Positions 16,493 through 26,430 are shown, numbered from the stretch's first letter. The stretch is DNA of 36,193 nt from Bacteriovoracia bacterium (GCA_046570105.1 JBKHVI010000026.1:1-36193), one strand, 5' to 3'. Notes: generated from the letters alone by a model not told the origin. Program-made: numbers and translations.

Positions 16493-18316
16493 TTATTCCC
16501 AGAGTCTTGGGATTCCATTAACCACCTTAATTACTTCTTTAAAATCCATATTCAACGCATCCAGATACCAACGAATATTTGGATAGCGTGGCTGGTTTTC
16601 TTCTTCGATCAACCTTAAGGCTTCTTCTCTGGAAATTTCGCCCTCACGGATTTGATTGCTTCTGAATGTATCATGCTCAGTAAAGCCAGCGACTGTGTAA
16701 TAAACGTAATTGTAAAATCCAGCAGTACCGTCTCCGATTCTCCAGGTAGTTTTTGTATCTATGGCCCTTTCCCAATCATAAGTGTTGAACAAAGTATCCT
16801 CAATAATATTTTCATCCCACTTCCAGTAATCAAAGACATGAAAGTAATCATCCTTCTTTGTGAAACTTCTGTAGTATTCACCCGATAAAGTATCCCAAAG
16901 GGATCTGTTAAAATAACCAGGGCTTTCTAGCATCGCCCTAAATCTCTTGCTGTGATAATTTAATTGTTTTCTGAATCCATTCGCGTAGACCATTTTCTCC
17001 TCAAAGTCCGGCTTCACTCCTAAAAAGCCTGCTTTAAAGTGCGTCACTTCCAGTGGGTTTACTCCCCACAAATTTAAATTAATACCTGTCTGCTTTTTGA
17101 TGGACTCTACATATTTAAAAAAATGTTTATCACCAGCAGTAAGAATACTAATCATCCCTAAGTTAGGAGCTTTTAACCAGGCTGATAAATTCATCGCAAT
17201 ATTTTTGCGTTTTTTAGAAATATCATCCGCGACAACGATGTTTTCGACGCCTAACTGTGAGCACATTCTGCTGATGTTTCGTCTGCCTAAATCTGTAACC
17301 ATTCCCCAGTCGTAGGTATAGGTCACAGGCTTCATTTTTAGTTCATTTGTAATCAAATGAAGTGCGTAGCAACTATCTCGGCCGCCAGAAAATGGAACAA
17401 TACAGTCGAGTTCAGTCCCCGCCTTCCTATACTTTTCAACAAGATTGAATAGTTGTTCCTTGGGTTTTGGACGATTTCTCATTTTATAATTTCTACAAAA
17501 ATTACAAATTCCAAACGTATCAAATTGGATGTGAGGCATCGTCTCAGGCAAGATACATCTTGTGCACCTTCTTAAGGTGAATTTTTTATAAGTGAGTAAA
17601 TCCTCTTCCGTCTTATTAAACTGAAGAGATGGAATCAAATTCTCATTTCTCGAACGAAAGTCACTTACTGCAAATGCTGTTTGAGAAGCCGGTACATCAA
17701 AGACTACACCCTCTTTAACTTGCTTAATATTTTTACAAGAAATTAACTCGAGAGCATATTTCTCGGACGCGAAATAGCTCCCATTTGAGTTTTCCCCGAT
17801 GTAGAGACTCCCATTATTTGAAAATAGAATCAGCTTCCCATGCTTTGGTATTAAAAGAGCACAAGCAACAACGCCCTTACATAGAGATATAATTCTTGAA
17901 CTCAGCGATGAATCAACAGGGTGGCCCTCTGCTAAATAATCTAGAGCGATGCCAGCAATAACTTCCGAGTCTATTTTTTGATTACGTTGAACTTTTAACT
18001 TTTCCCAGAGATCATCGTCGTTAACAACAATCCCGTTGTGAACCAAAATGATATCCTCTTTTACGACTGGCTGATTATCTTCCAGCCCATTCGTGATTAA
18101 ACGACTGTGACCAAAGATGAATTCCGAATCATAAGGCTTTATTTTTGCCATTAACTTTTCAATTCTATAATCGGCTCTATCAACTAGGTATTGATCATTA
18201 AAAAAGCGAACAAGACCACTAGAGTCCATTCCTCTTTGCTCTGAATGTTTTGAGATGGTATCGATGTCCTCGTTAGACAATCGATTGGCCACAATTCGTC
18301 CAAAAATCCCGCACAT
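16493..18316 (-). CDS. Class II (Ntn) glutamine amidotransferase fused to a WbuX/WbpG-type PP-loop N-acetyl-sugar amidotransferase
   Basis: Start re-assigned to MCGIFG (ATG 18316, AGGGG upstream). Glutaminase motifs RGMDSSG, GHSR, NQP, HNG and DSE are followed by CTRC...CNFC and SGGRDS. Confidence 0.85.
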   Translation of the reverse strand: MCGIFGRIVANRLSNEDIDTISKHSEQRGMDSSGLVRFFNDQYLVDRADYRIEKLMAKIKPYDSEFIFGHSRLITNGLEDNQPVVKEDIILVHNGIVVNDDDLWEKLKVQRNQKIDSEVIAGIALDYLAEGHPVDSSLSSRIISLCKGVVACALLIPKHGKLILFSNNGSLYIGENSNGSYFASEKYALELISCKNIKQVKEGVVFDVPASQTAFAVSDFRSRNENLIPSLQFNKTEEDLLTYKKFTLRRCTRCILPETMPHIQFDTFGICNFCRNYKMRNRPKPKEQLFNLVEKYRKAGTELDCIVPFSGGRDSCYALHLITNELKMKPVTYTYDWGMVTDLGRRNISRMCSQLGVENIVVADDISKKRKNIAMNLSAWLKAPNLGMISILTAGDKHFFKYVESIKKQTGINLNLWGVNPLEVTHFKAGFLGVKPDFEEKMVYANGFRKQLNYHSKRFRAMLESPGYFNRSLWDTLSGEYYRSFTKKDDYFHVFDYWKWDENIIEDTLFNTYDWERAIDTKTTWRIGDGTAGFYNYVYYTVAGFTEHDTFRSNQIREGEISREEALRLIEEENQPRYPNIRWYLDALNMDFKEVIKVVNGIPRLWE

Positions 18317-18389
18317 AACAACCCCTAGCACCTTCACTATTTACAGGCATATAGGCAATCTCGTACCATCACTCAGTGAGGGTATAACT

Positions 18390-19481
18390 GTGAAAATTGC
18401 CTATATTATTGATATCAGCAAAGACGGTAAAAGTATTGGCGTTTTGAAGAAAATTGACGCGCAGATTAGCGAATGGAGAAGACAAGGTCATGATGTTCAA
18501 GAAATTTATACCTCTGACTTCTATCCGAGCCTCGAATATAACCTGCGTTTTTTCCCTAAGAAATTCGCTTCATTTTTAAAAGTTTACATTAACAGCTACG
18601 CTCTACGACAATTTCTAAGAAATAAAACCTACGACGTGGTCTATGCGAGGGCTTTGATTTTCAGCCCTTTTCTCCGTTTTTTAAAAGCATTCAATTTCAT
18701 AATGGAGCTGAACGCCAATGAGCTTGATGAATACAAGAAAACCACTATCCCCCTCTACATCTACTCGCTCTTAACGCGCAAACTCGCATTCTCTTTACCC
18801 CGAGGTTTTGTCGCAGTAAGTAATGAGATCAACGCATATTACTCTGAATTCAAAAAGCCATCCGTTGTTATTGCTAACGCATGTCCTAATTTAATTGTTC
18901 AGCGAACGCACCAGCAAAACAAAAGACCGATTATTGGATTTATTGGAGCAAAAAAATATATTTGGAATGGTAATGAGAAGGTCTTAAAGCTTGCAGAACA
19001 ATTTCCACAGTATGATTTTGAGATTATCGGTTTTGACTTAGACGATTGTCCACCCAACGTTAAAACGCATGGCTTTTTAAAGGAAGAGGACTCTATTGAA
19101 ATCATGAAAAGATGGAATGCTGCAATCTCCACTCTTTCACTCTATGAACAAGGACTGACTGAAGCGAGTCCATTAAAGTCCCGACTATACCTTGCCATGA
19201 ACATACCATTTATCTACGCCTATGATGATACCGACGAGCCCTTCTCGCATTGTCTAAAAATCCCTAACTCTCCAAATAATGTTGATTCAAGTCTAGAGAA
19301 GATTGCTGATTTTTTCCAAACGACTTTCTCACATAGCTCAATACAAGTTAATCATCAGTGCCATTTAAATTTAAAAGAAAAAAAACGTTTAGATTTTATG
19401 GCGAGCACAATTGCTCAAAAATCTTCCAATCCTCATAAGTCGAAAGCAGACTATTATGCCAAAGAAATAAACTCACCTTGA
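18390..19481 (+). CDS. Glycosyltransferase, GT4-like (GT-B)
   Basis: Start re-assigned to GTG 18390 (GAGGG upstream). Motifs GVLKKI..QI..W, ELN, IGFIG...WNG and ASPLKSR.YLA...P. Confidence 0.75.
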   Translation: MKIAYIIDISKDGKSIGVLKKIDAQISEWRRQGHDVQEIYTSDFYPSLEYNLRFFPKKFASFLKVYINSYALRQFLRNKTYDVVYARALIFSPFLRFLKAFNFIMELNANELDEYKKTTIPLYIYSLLTRKLAFSLPRGFVAVSNEINAYYSEFKKPSVVIANACPNLIVQRTHQQNKRPIIGFIGAKKYIWNGNEKVLKLAEQFPQYDFEIIGFDLDDCPPNVKTHGFLKEEDSIEIMKRWNAAISTLSLYEQGLTEASPLKSRLYLAMNIPFIYAYDDTDEPFSHCLKIPNSPNNVDSSLEKIADFFQTTFSHSSIQVNHQCHLNLKEKKRLDFMASTIAQKSSNPHKSKADYYAKEINSP

Positions 19482-19496
19482 CTCAATGTGGAGACT

Positions 19497-20900
19497 TTAC
19501 ATAAGCCTTTCTAAGTTTTTGAAGAACTCTTTTTTGCAAAAGAACTCATCATCTACCTCTATCGGTTTTGTGAAATGCTTATCTAGATATCTAATCAAAT
19601 CTGATGACTCATACAATAAGTCAGAATAACCACTGCGAATAATTGGCTCCATTATCTCAGCTCCGGCCATCGCTAGTACCAATGTCGGAGTTCCAATTGA
19701 GAGTGAATCATAATGGCAAGCAGAGGCAATACTTAAATGCAGATCTGAAAGAGCTATTAATTCAAAAGTACTCTTTCCCTCATTCCCAGATAAAATGGTA
19801 ACTCTCGAATCAAGAATTTTTAGTTCATCATAGGCGGATGAATTGGGGTCATATGAGGGATGTAACTTAAAAGTAATTCTTAAGTCTCTAGAGAAACTTT
19901 TGAGAAAATCTTTGAAAAAAATAATTATCTTTTCTCTCTCAATTCCCTGAGTTGTAACAATTATTGATATGCTATCACTATTCTTGAATCTCTCGATTCG
20001 CATTTTCTTATATTTTTCTAGCGAAAAATTACCCAATACATTTAAAATTTTTCTTTGATCAAAGATAGTCCCCCTTAATTCGCTCTCCCAAAATTTTCCA
20101 TATAGTCCTATAACGTCAGGAAATATCAGCTTTTCCGTCAGCGATTCGGAGAGGAGAGGCAATGTGTAAGCATGATGCTTTGAAAAAATACCATGTTGAA
20201 ATTCAATCGAACGAATCTTTTCTTTTTTTGATGCATGTATAAGAGCAAACTCATTTGTTCCTACGAAAATTACTTTTTTTGGCTTTAATAATTTCAAGAT
20301 TATTCGATAGAATCTAGAAATCCAGAAAAAGCGACTCACTTGTATCTGTACAGAAGCGCTCGTGAAGTGTTCATGCCCTAGTAGCTTATTGGCTAGTTTT
20401 GTAACCTTCTCATAGACTGCATCCTTGTCTTGGATTGGAGCAACTCGAGACAATAAGCCAGCAGCTTTTTCAAACGTACTAATGTCATAGAGCGGCTTAA
20501 TTCTGGCCTGTTTGATATTGTTTCTGAAACCGCGCGCATCGATTCTTGCTATCTTAACTCCACCTGGAAAATTATCTAATATATGATCAAACCATATATC
20601 TTCGTACCTACCCAAGTGAGAGTTTCTGTAACCAGAGTAATTCGTAAATGCACAATACTTGACACCTCTATTTTTCAACAATTTTATGAAACTAAAAAAA
20701 TCTGCATAAGCCAGAAATCTTTCTATCTTAGGAATAGAAGCTTTTTCCAATTGAGCATTCTGTAATTTACTTGCTATGCGAGGTCTCAATATCTGCCAAA
20801 CAGATACATCATTTACCCATAAATTATACGGATTATGTTTTGACTCAAAATCAGACAAAAGATCGAAAACTTCTCGTTCACTCAAATATTGTCCAGACAT
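19497..20900 (-). CDS. Hypothetical GT-B-like protein, candidate CMP-nonulosonate transferase
   Basis: EFQHG, FKLHP and C-terminal SIASA..D.L..G.P, resembling the HP and S/T-S motifs of sialyltransferase-like proteins. It is the last gene of the Leg operon. Confidence 0.5.
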   Translation of the reverse strand: MSGQYLSEREVFDLLSDFESKHNPYNLWVNDVSVWQILRPRIASKLQNAQLEKASIPKIERFLAYADFFSFIKLLKNRGVKYCAFTNYSGYRNSHLGRYEDIWFDHILDNFPGGVKIARIDARGFRNNIKQARIKPLYDISTFEKAAGLLSRVAPIQDKDAVYEKVTKLANKLLGHEHFTSASVQIQVSRFFWISRFYRIILKLLKPKKVIFVGTNEFALIHASKKEKIRSIEFQHGIFSKHHAYTLPLLSESLTEKLIFPDVIGLYGKFWESELRGTIFDQRKILNVLGNFSLEKYKKMRIERFKNSDSISIIVTTQGIEREKIIIFFKDFLKSFSRDLRITFKLHPSYDPNSSAYDELKILDSRVTILSGNEGKSTFELIALSDLHLSIASACHYDSLSIGTPTLVLAMAGAEIMEPIIRSGYSDLLYESSDLIRYLDKHFTKPIEVDDEFFCKKEFFKNLERLM

Positions 20901-20906
20901 GTAAAC

Positions 20907-21917
20907 TCATGCCCAACTAAATTTTCGTTTTAGATCTAAGCGATTTAAGCCAACTGGAGCGTTCCCATTCTCATTTGATGTATGAGCAGCCACTAAAGCC
21001 GACAGAGCATGACGGCCACATTCGCCATCTGGGTAGTTTTCTTTAGCAAGGAGTGCCTTCCAAACACTTTGTGTCGGCGCAATCACTTCTACGGGAGCGA
21101 TTTGAAAAGTAATCTCATCACATGGCATTCCATAACGCGTGGTCGGTTCTTGACGATGTTCTGGTTTGCGCACGATCGCTCTGACAAGACCTGCAATTTC
21201 ATCAACAAATACTTGTCCGTTGCGGCAACCATAAATTACTTGAAGTCCGTGACCTTGGTCACCTCCAAGTTCCATATAAAGTCGCTTTCCAGATTCAGTA
21301 GTTGCACGGATCTGACCAGACAAATCAGAGTATTGAGCACCACGAGGATTGGGCACTTTTTCTTTGTCGGCCCAGAATTGAACATCTCGAATGGTTTCAT
21401 TAGTCATATAGCGAAACATTTCAAAATAGTGAGAAGCATTCATTGCCAAGCCAAAATTAGACGCTGCTACAGTGACACTCTTGAGACCGCCAAAACTCTC
21501 TGATTCACACATCTCTTTTATGCGTGTGTATTGCTCCATAAAGCGCATTTGGTGATTTATTGCGAGCAAAGCTCCGTGTTTCTGGCAAGCAGCCAACATG
21601 GCGTCACATTCTTCCAAAGATGCTGCCATTGGTTTTTCACAGAGAATATATTTAGCACCGGCCTGGGCTGCCAAGATTGAATATTCAGCATGACTTGGAC
21701 CAGTCGAAGAAACGACCACGCCTGAAGGACGAGTCTTTTCGAGCATGAGCGCTGCAGATGTAAAACATTGCTCCTCTCTGACACCATTATTGGCCACCGC
21801 TAACTTCATGGCTTCAGGCATGGGATCAAAAATTCCAACAACATTCATTCCTAAGCCGCGAACGGCATCGATGTGCCTGCGACCCATTCTTCCTGTGCCA
21901 ATTACACAAACATCCAT
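20907..21917 (-). CDS. Gfo/Idh/MocA family oxidoreductase
   Basis: IGTGRMGRRH, LCEKPMA, NHQMRF. Confidence 0.9.
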   Translation of the reverse strand: MDVCVIGTGRMGRRHIDAVRGLGMNVVGIFDPMPEAMKLAVANNGVREEQCFTSAALMLEKTRPSGVVVSSTGPSHAEYSILAAQAGAKYILCEKPMAASLEECDAMLAACQKHGALLAINHQMRFMEQYTRIKEMCESESFGGLKSVTVAASNFGLAMNASHYFEMFRYMTNETIRDVQFWADKEKVPNPRGAQYSDLSGQIRATTESGKRLYMELGGDQGHGLQVIYGCRNGQVFVDEIAGLVRAIVRKPEHRQEPTTRYGMPCDEITFQIAPVEVIAPTQSVWKALLAKENYPDGECGRHALSALVAAHTSNENGNAPVGLNRLDLKRKFSWA

Positions 21918-21926
21918 GCTCTATCC

Positions 21927-23150
21927 TTAGTCGTCAAGGCCTGCGCCCCAAACATTATGTCTTAACTTCCATTGATCAGCGCTATCCTTGCCCCAAAGAT
22001 GAGGAGAACGGAATTGATCACATAGCTCATGAAATCTTTCAGGCTTGAGCTCTAGATAGTCCATGACTTCATTAAAGTATTTATCTGGAAACTCTCCATC
22101 AAATTTCTTAACCAGTGCTACACCCTCTTCACGAGTGATGTGCTTATTGCGAATCTCTTGAGAAGCATCGTATGTGGCACGGCCAATGCCAAATTTAATA
22201 TAAGTTGTGTAGTAATGAAGATCATCAATCTTATCATCGATACTGTTGTATTTACTGTACGTACCTTGGGTTCGGAACGGGCGGGCCTTAAAGCCCGTAT
22301 TATCGACGGCGTAATAATAAACTTCTTGCGGTGTCCATTTAAGGTAATAACCTAAGTAGTGAACTTCAATATTTGTTCGTGCCATCTCGTCAGCAGGTAA
22401 CGGCAAGAATGAAGCAAGATCCCCTTCTTTCAATCCATACTTTTCTTTTAATTCTTTAACTGAAACGCCACCCAGATAAATTTCATCCAAGTTTTTAAAA
22501 CTATAGTATGACTTATCTCTAAGTGATGTTGTGTTATCTGCTATGGGATTTCCATATTCCGCCTCATTCTCTCCGTAAAAGATTAGCGGGATACCAAACT
22601 TAGCAGCTAACTTGGGGCCAAGATTTTTTTGCCCCAAAATGAAAGTTTGAAATGGATGCATAAGGTTCTCAATCGACAAGCGAGTAAGAAGCTTCATAAC
22701 TTTTCCATTACGAGTGAAAGTTAGATTATCAAAGCCACTATCAACCCAGTTCTTCCAATTCTTGTAACCGTATTCAGTATAGAGAATAGGTGGCCAAGTC
22801 ACTGTTAACGGATTCATTCCGTATTTATATTTCAACACATGAGCTTGATAAGCACTGTCTTTACCGCCACTGCCAGGAACTAAGCAGTCATAAGAGCCAT
22901 CTTTGCTTCTATGTTTGTCGAGTAGCTGAAGCAATTGTTCTTCGCGAGCTTTCCAATCAATGGATTCTTTTTGCTCAGCTGTGCGACAAGCATCACACAC
23001 GCCAGAGCTATCGATTTTCATGGTGGTTTTTTTACTTTCAATTGTATGTTTAAACTCGATCGCTGAAGCAGGACGCTGATTAGACATCACACAACGAGAA
23101 CAGAAGCTTACATTCTCCGGTAAACCGTATTTAACTTCAAACTTGCCCAC
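21927..23150 (-). CDS. N-acetyl sugar amidotransferase (WbuX/PseA-like)
   Basis: CSRC...CDAC, PP-loop SGGKDS, YGEN.AEYG, KFGIGRA. Adjacent to hisH/hisF paralogues; GTG start. Confidence 0.9.
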   Translation of the reverse strand: MGKFEVKYGLPENVSFCSRCVMSNQRPASAIEFKHTIESKKTTMKIDSSGVCDACRTAEQKESIDWKAREEQLLQLLDKHRSKDGSYDCLVPGSGGKDSAYQAHVLKYKYGMNPLTVTWPPILYTEYGYKNWKNWVDSGFDNLTFTRNGKVMKLLTRLSIENLMHPFQTFILGQKNLGPKLAAKFGIPLIFYGENEAEYGNPIADNTTSLRDKSYYSFKNLDEIYLGGVSVKELKEKYGLKEGDLASFLPLPADEMARTNIEVHYLGYYLKWTPQEVYYYAVDNTGFKARPFRTQGTYSKYNSIDDKIDDLHYYTTYIKFGIGRATYDASQEIRNKHITREEGVALVKKFDGEFPDKYFNEVMDYLELKPERFHELCDQFRSPHLWGKDSADQWKLRHNVWGAGLDD

Positions 23151-23151
23151 G

Positions 23152-23790
23152 CTAGATTCCTTGTTGAATTTTCTTTAACCAATTTTTATAAATGTGCAAT
23201 CCTGCCGCAGCGCTCTTTTCTGGATGAAATTGAAAAGCCCAAATATTGTCTTTAACGACCGATGAAGTGTACCTAACACCCCCATATTCAGTCCAGGTCA
23301 ACTCAACAGAAGCATCTGTTGGAACAACATAGTAGCTATGAACGTAATACATATCTGACTTATCTTCGATTCCATCTAATGCAATGTGTTTTTTGGCAAA
23401 ATTTGTCGTTGACCACCCCATATGAGGTATCCGCACACCTTTTGGGATGAAATCGGCAGGAAACTTAACTACTTTCCCCGAGACCAAACCTAGCCCTTTG
23501 TGTGATCCAAATTCTTCGCTCTCGTCAAACAGCAACTGCAATCCAAGACAAATTCCCAATAAAGGCTTATCCGCCCTAACCCAATCCTTAATTACGGTAT
23601 CAAGTCCCTGCGTCTTAAGCTCTGACATTGCTTGCCCAAAAGCTCCGACACCCGGCAAAACAAGGCCCATGATTCCATCAGTGTCGGCCAGGGACTTAAC
23701 CAGTTTTGTTTCAAAGCCCTCGGACTTGAATGCCTGCATGACACTAAAAATATTTCCAAGTCCAAAATCGATAATACCAACGACCTTCAT
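23152..23790 (-). CDS. HisH-like class I glutamine amidotransferase subunit (WbuY-like, LPS paralogue)
   Basis: PGVGAF, GICLG, PHMGW, VHSY, QFHPEKS; catalytic triad intact. Confidence 0.92.
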   Translation of the reverse strand: MKVVGIIDFGLGNIFSVMQAFKSEGFETKLVKSLADTDGIMGLVLPGVGAFGQAMSELKTQGLDTVIKDWVRADKPLLGICLGLQLLFDESEEFGSHKGLGLVSGKVVKFPADFIPKGVRIPHMGWSTTNFAKKHIALDGIEDKSDMYYVHSYYVVPTDASVELTWTEYGGVRYTSSVVKDNIWAFQFHPEKSAAAGLHIYKNWLKKIQQGI

Positions 23791-24641
23791 ACAAGTGTCC
23801 TTACGGGAAATCCTGCAGCTAATATTCCAGCTTTAATTTCAGCCAAGCTAATTGGTGTAATTTTGGCGAAAGATCGATTCTCTGATAAAAATCTAGTATT
23901 ACCCTCTTCTCGTTTCTGGTCTCGACTAACTTTGCCATTTGCCAACGCTTGGTAGTGTAAAACTGATGCAATGGCTACCGCATCAGCACCTGCCTTGTAG
24001 CCGGCAACAACATCACTTATCTTTCCAACCCCACCATGAGCAACAACAGGAACAGGAACTTTGCGACTAATTAAGTTTATTAAATCTAAATCGAGCCCTT
24101 CTCCAGTTCCCTCTCGGTCAACCGAAGTGATGACAAGTTCACCAACTCCTATGTGAACAAGTTTTTGGGCCCACTCCAATACTTCAAGGCCAGTTTCTTC
24201 CCGTCCGTTATCGACGACTGCAAAGTATTTACCATTTGATTGCTTAACACACTCGATTGCTGCAACGATGGTCGATGAGCCATAGCTCTCAGAAGCTTGG
24301 CGAATGAGTTCCGGTGATTTCACAGCTCCTGTATTGATGCAAACTTTGTCTGCTCCTGCACGAAGGGCTTGTTTTATATCGGCAAGACTTCGGATCCCAC
24401 CACCTACAGTGAGAGGAATAAAAATTTCCTTAGCTGTCTTACTCACAAGCTCAGTAAGGCCATTTCGTTCATAAAGACTTGCAACGACATCCATATAAAA
24501 AAGTTCGTCAATACCTTCGAGATAATACATCTTAGCGAATTCGGCAGGATCGCCCATGACCCTTAGGCCCTCAAGATGAATACCCTTCACAAGATTTGGG
24601 CCTTTAATATCTAGCCGTGCAATCACTCGTTTCTTCAACAT
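23787..24641 (-). CDS. HisF-like cyclase paralogue (WbuZ-like ammonia-channel subunit)
   Basis: ARLDIKG..LVKG, PLTVGGGIR, GADKV.IN, SVDREGT.EG.D. Confidence 0.9.
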   Translation of the reverse strand: MLKKRVIARLDIKGPNLVKGIHLEGLRVMGDPAEFAKMYYLEGIDELFYMDVVASLYERNGLTELVSKTAKEIFIPLTVGGGIRSLADIKQALRAGADKVCINTGAVKSPELIRQASESYGSSTIVAAIECVKQSNGKYFAVVDNGREETGLEVLEWAQKLVHIGVGELVITSVDREGTGEGLDLDLINLISRKVPVPVVAHGGVGKISDVVAGYKAGADAVAIASVLHYQALANGKVSRDQKREEGNTRFLSENRSFAKITPISLAEIKAGILAAGFPVRTLV

Positions 24642-25372
24642 GAAGTAAATCCTTCCATCAGCTTGAGAGCTGCTGCTTTCTCTACGGCACTCTTTTCAGT
24701 AAATAAAAACTCGGCAATTTTAAAATCTAAGAGATCGTCTATGTCCACGCTTTGATTTCTCTTCATTAACCAAGGAGTTAATCTTTTTGGATAAAAAGTT
24801 TTCTCTTCCATTAAGGTCGATTTCTTCACTAACCAACCATGTCCATAACTCGCAAGATATTGTTCTGCCGCTTGCCTCTGAGCAGTATTAAACAGTGACG
24901 TAAAGCTCAGTGAGTCATTGTTGCTAATCATAGCAATGTTTGGTGAGGGCTTCATGCTCGCCACGGCGACCACGGCATCAAAATGTTCATATTGTTTTAT
25001 AAGTTTTTCGATCATTCCATCAATGTCGCTTACATCACGTAAGGGTGAAGTTGGTTGAAGCAATAATACGGCATCAAACGTTTCACCGCTTATTTCAAGC
25101 TCTGCTAAAGCATGAATGACAACATCAAGAGAAGTTGCACTGTCTGTCGCGAGTGCTTCAGGTCTCATGAAAGGAACCATCGCTCCATACTTTCTTCCCA
25201 CTTCAGCGATTTTCATGTCATCAGTACTCAAAATCACTTTGGTTATTTTGCTGCTGCAACAGGCTTGGCGTATTGTCCAGGCGATGAGTGGATGTCCATG
25301 AAAGTTACGAATATTTTTCCCGGGCAAGCCCTTACTTCCACCTCGAGCTGTGATGAGAGCAAGAATTCTCAC
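24635..25372 (-). CDS. neuA: CMP-nonulosonate synthetase (acylneuraminate cytidylyltransferase, NeuA/LegF-like)
   Basis: ARGGSKGLPGKN, STD, RP, LQPTSPLR, DIDD. Confidence 0.88.
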   Translation of the reverse strand: MRILALITARGGSKGLPGKNIRNFHGHPLIAWTIRQACCSSKITKVILSTDDMKIAEVGRKYGAMVPFMRPEALATDSATSLDVVIHALAELEISGETFDAVLLLQPTSPLRDVSDIDGMIEKLIKQYEHFDAVVAVASMKPSPNIAMISNNDSLSFTSLFNTAQRQAAEQYLASYGHGWLVKKSTLMEEKTFYPKRLTPWLMKRNQSVDIDDLLDFKIAEFLFTEKSAVEKAAALKLMEGFTSC

Positions 25373-26430
25373 AACTGCTTACCCTTTTCGAAATTACTTA
25401 TATCCGCGTGAGCGCGTTCGAGATCGTCCATACGCCCAATATCAAGCCAATATTCGTGGATAGGAAATGCTTGCGCTACTTTCTTTGATGCAATGACTGA
25501 CTCAATTAACTGCGGCATATCAAAGAACTCACCAGGAGGCAGGAGACCCAAACAATCTTTTTCAATTACATTAATACCCGCGCTAACCATAAAATTGTAA
25601 TTAGGCTTTTCTTCGATTCCTTTAATTTGTCCATTTTCTGACTTCACTACACCAAATGGAATCTGGAAATCATATTTTCGAACAGCAGCGGTCACGGCTG
25701 CTTCTTTTTCTTCATGAAACTCCATCAGTTTACTGAAATTCACCTTGGTGACGATATCACCATTCATTACTAACAATGGACCGTCTGTATCCATAGGAAT
25801 TAAACTTAAAGCACCTGCAGTGCCCATTCGTTTAGTTTCATGAACGTAGACAATATTTATTCCAAACTCTGCACCATTACCAAAATGGGACTGAATGACA
25901 TCTGCTTTAAAGTTCACACAAAAAATAAAATTTTTAAAACCATGGTCTTTAAGATTTTCAATAATGATCTCAAGAACAGGTCTTCCACCAATCGGCAGCA
26001 TCGGTTTTGGACAATTTGTGGTGAGTTCACCAAGCCTTGACCCCAATCCACCTACCATCAACACGGCCGTTCTATGTTTTTCGACTAGCGCTACACGCTC
26101 ATCTATGCTCACCAAAGATGTTACTCTCCCGTGAGTATCTAACAATGGAACGTGAGCAATTCTCTTTTCTGTTAAAAAAGATATCGCCTCAGAACGTGAC
26201 ACTGAATCAGATAGATATCTTGGGTGAGTGTTCATGATCTCTGCCACAGGTGCGCTCAAGGGGACATTGTTCAAAATCCCTCTGCGAACATCTCCATCCG
26301 TTACAACACCGAGCAGTTTTTTTGTTTCATCTAGTACCATGACAAATTGTGTACCAGCTCCATCGATAATTTTCATCGCTTCCAAGATGGAAACTTCGGG
26401 TGATACGACAATTTTTTGCCAATTATTCAT
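25369..26430 (-). CDS. CBS-domain nucleotidyltransferase (PtmE-like)
   Basis: N-terminal CBS pair (GVVTDGDVRRG), then GGLGSRL...PKPML, GTAG, NGD, EKP, WLDIG. Confidence 0.9.
   Translation of the reverse strand: MNNWQKIVVSPEVSILEAMKIIDGAGTQFVMVLDETKKLLGVVTDGDVRRGILNNVPLSAPVAEIMNTHPRYLSDSVSRSEAISFLTEKRIAHVPLLDTHGRVTSLVSIDERVALVEKHRTAVLMVGGLGSRLGELTTNCPKPMLPIGGRPVLEIIIENLKDHGFKNFIFCVNFKADVIQSHFGNGAEFGINIVYVHETKRMGTAGALSLIPMDTDGPLLVMNGDIVTKVNFSKLMEFHEEKEAAVTAAVRKYDFQIPFGVVKSENGQIKGIEEKPNYNFMVSAGINVIEKDCLGLLPPGEFFDMPQLIESVIASKKVAQAFPIHEYWLDIGRMDDLERAHADISNFEKGKQL

Noticed and set aside
18255..18389. Head-to-head overlap of ORFs 16493..18337 and 18255..19481
   Set aside because: Artefact of longest-ORF calling. 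Starts at 18316 (MCG) and 18390 (GTG with RBS) remove the overlap.
21009..21503. 164-aa antisense ORF and other short shadow ORFs (e.g. 3602-3997, 23447-23836, 35278-35637)
   Set aside because: They lie within or opposite well-supported genes and have no recognisable motifs.
23435..23446. ACACCTTTTGGG matching part of the cassette-flanking repeat
   Set aside because: Only 12 bp, inside hisH-like coding sequence (IPKGV), and it lacks the GCCCCAAAGTAGCTG core.
23152..24641. Histidine biosynthesis genes hisH/hisF
   Set aside because: They sit between neuA and a WbuX-like gene with no other his genes nearby, so they are the glycan-modification paralogues.
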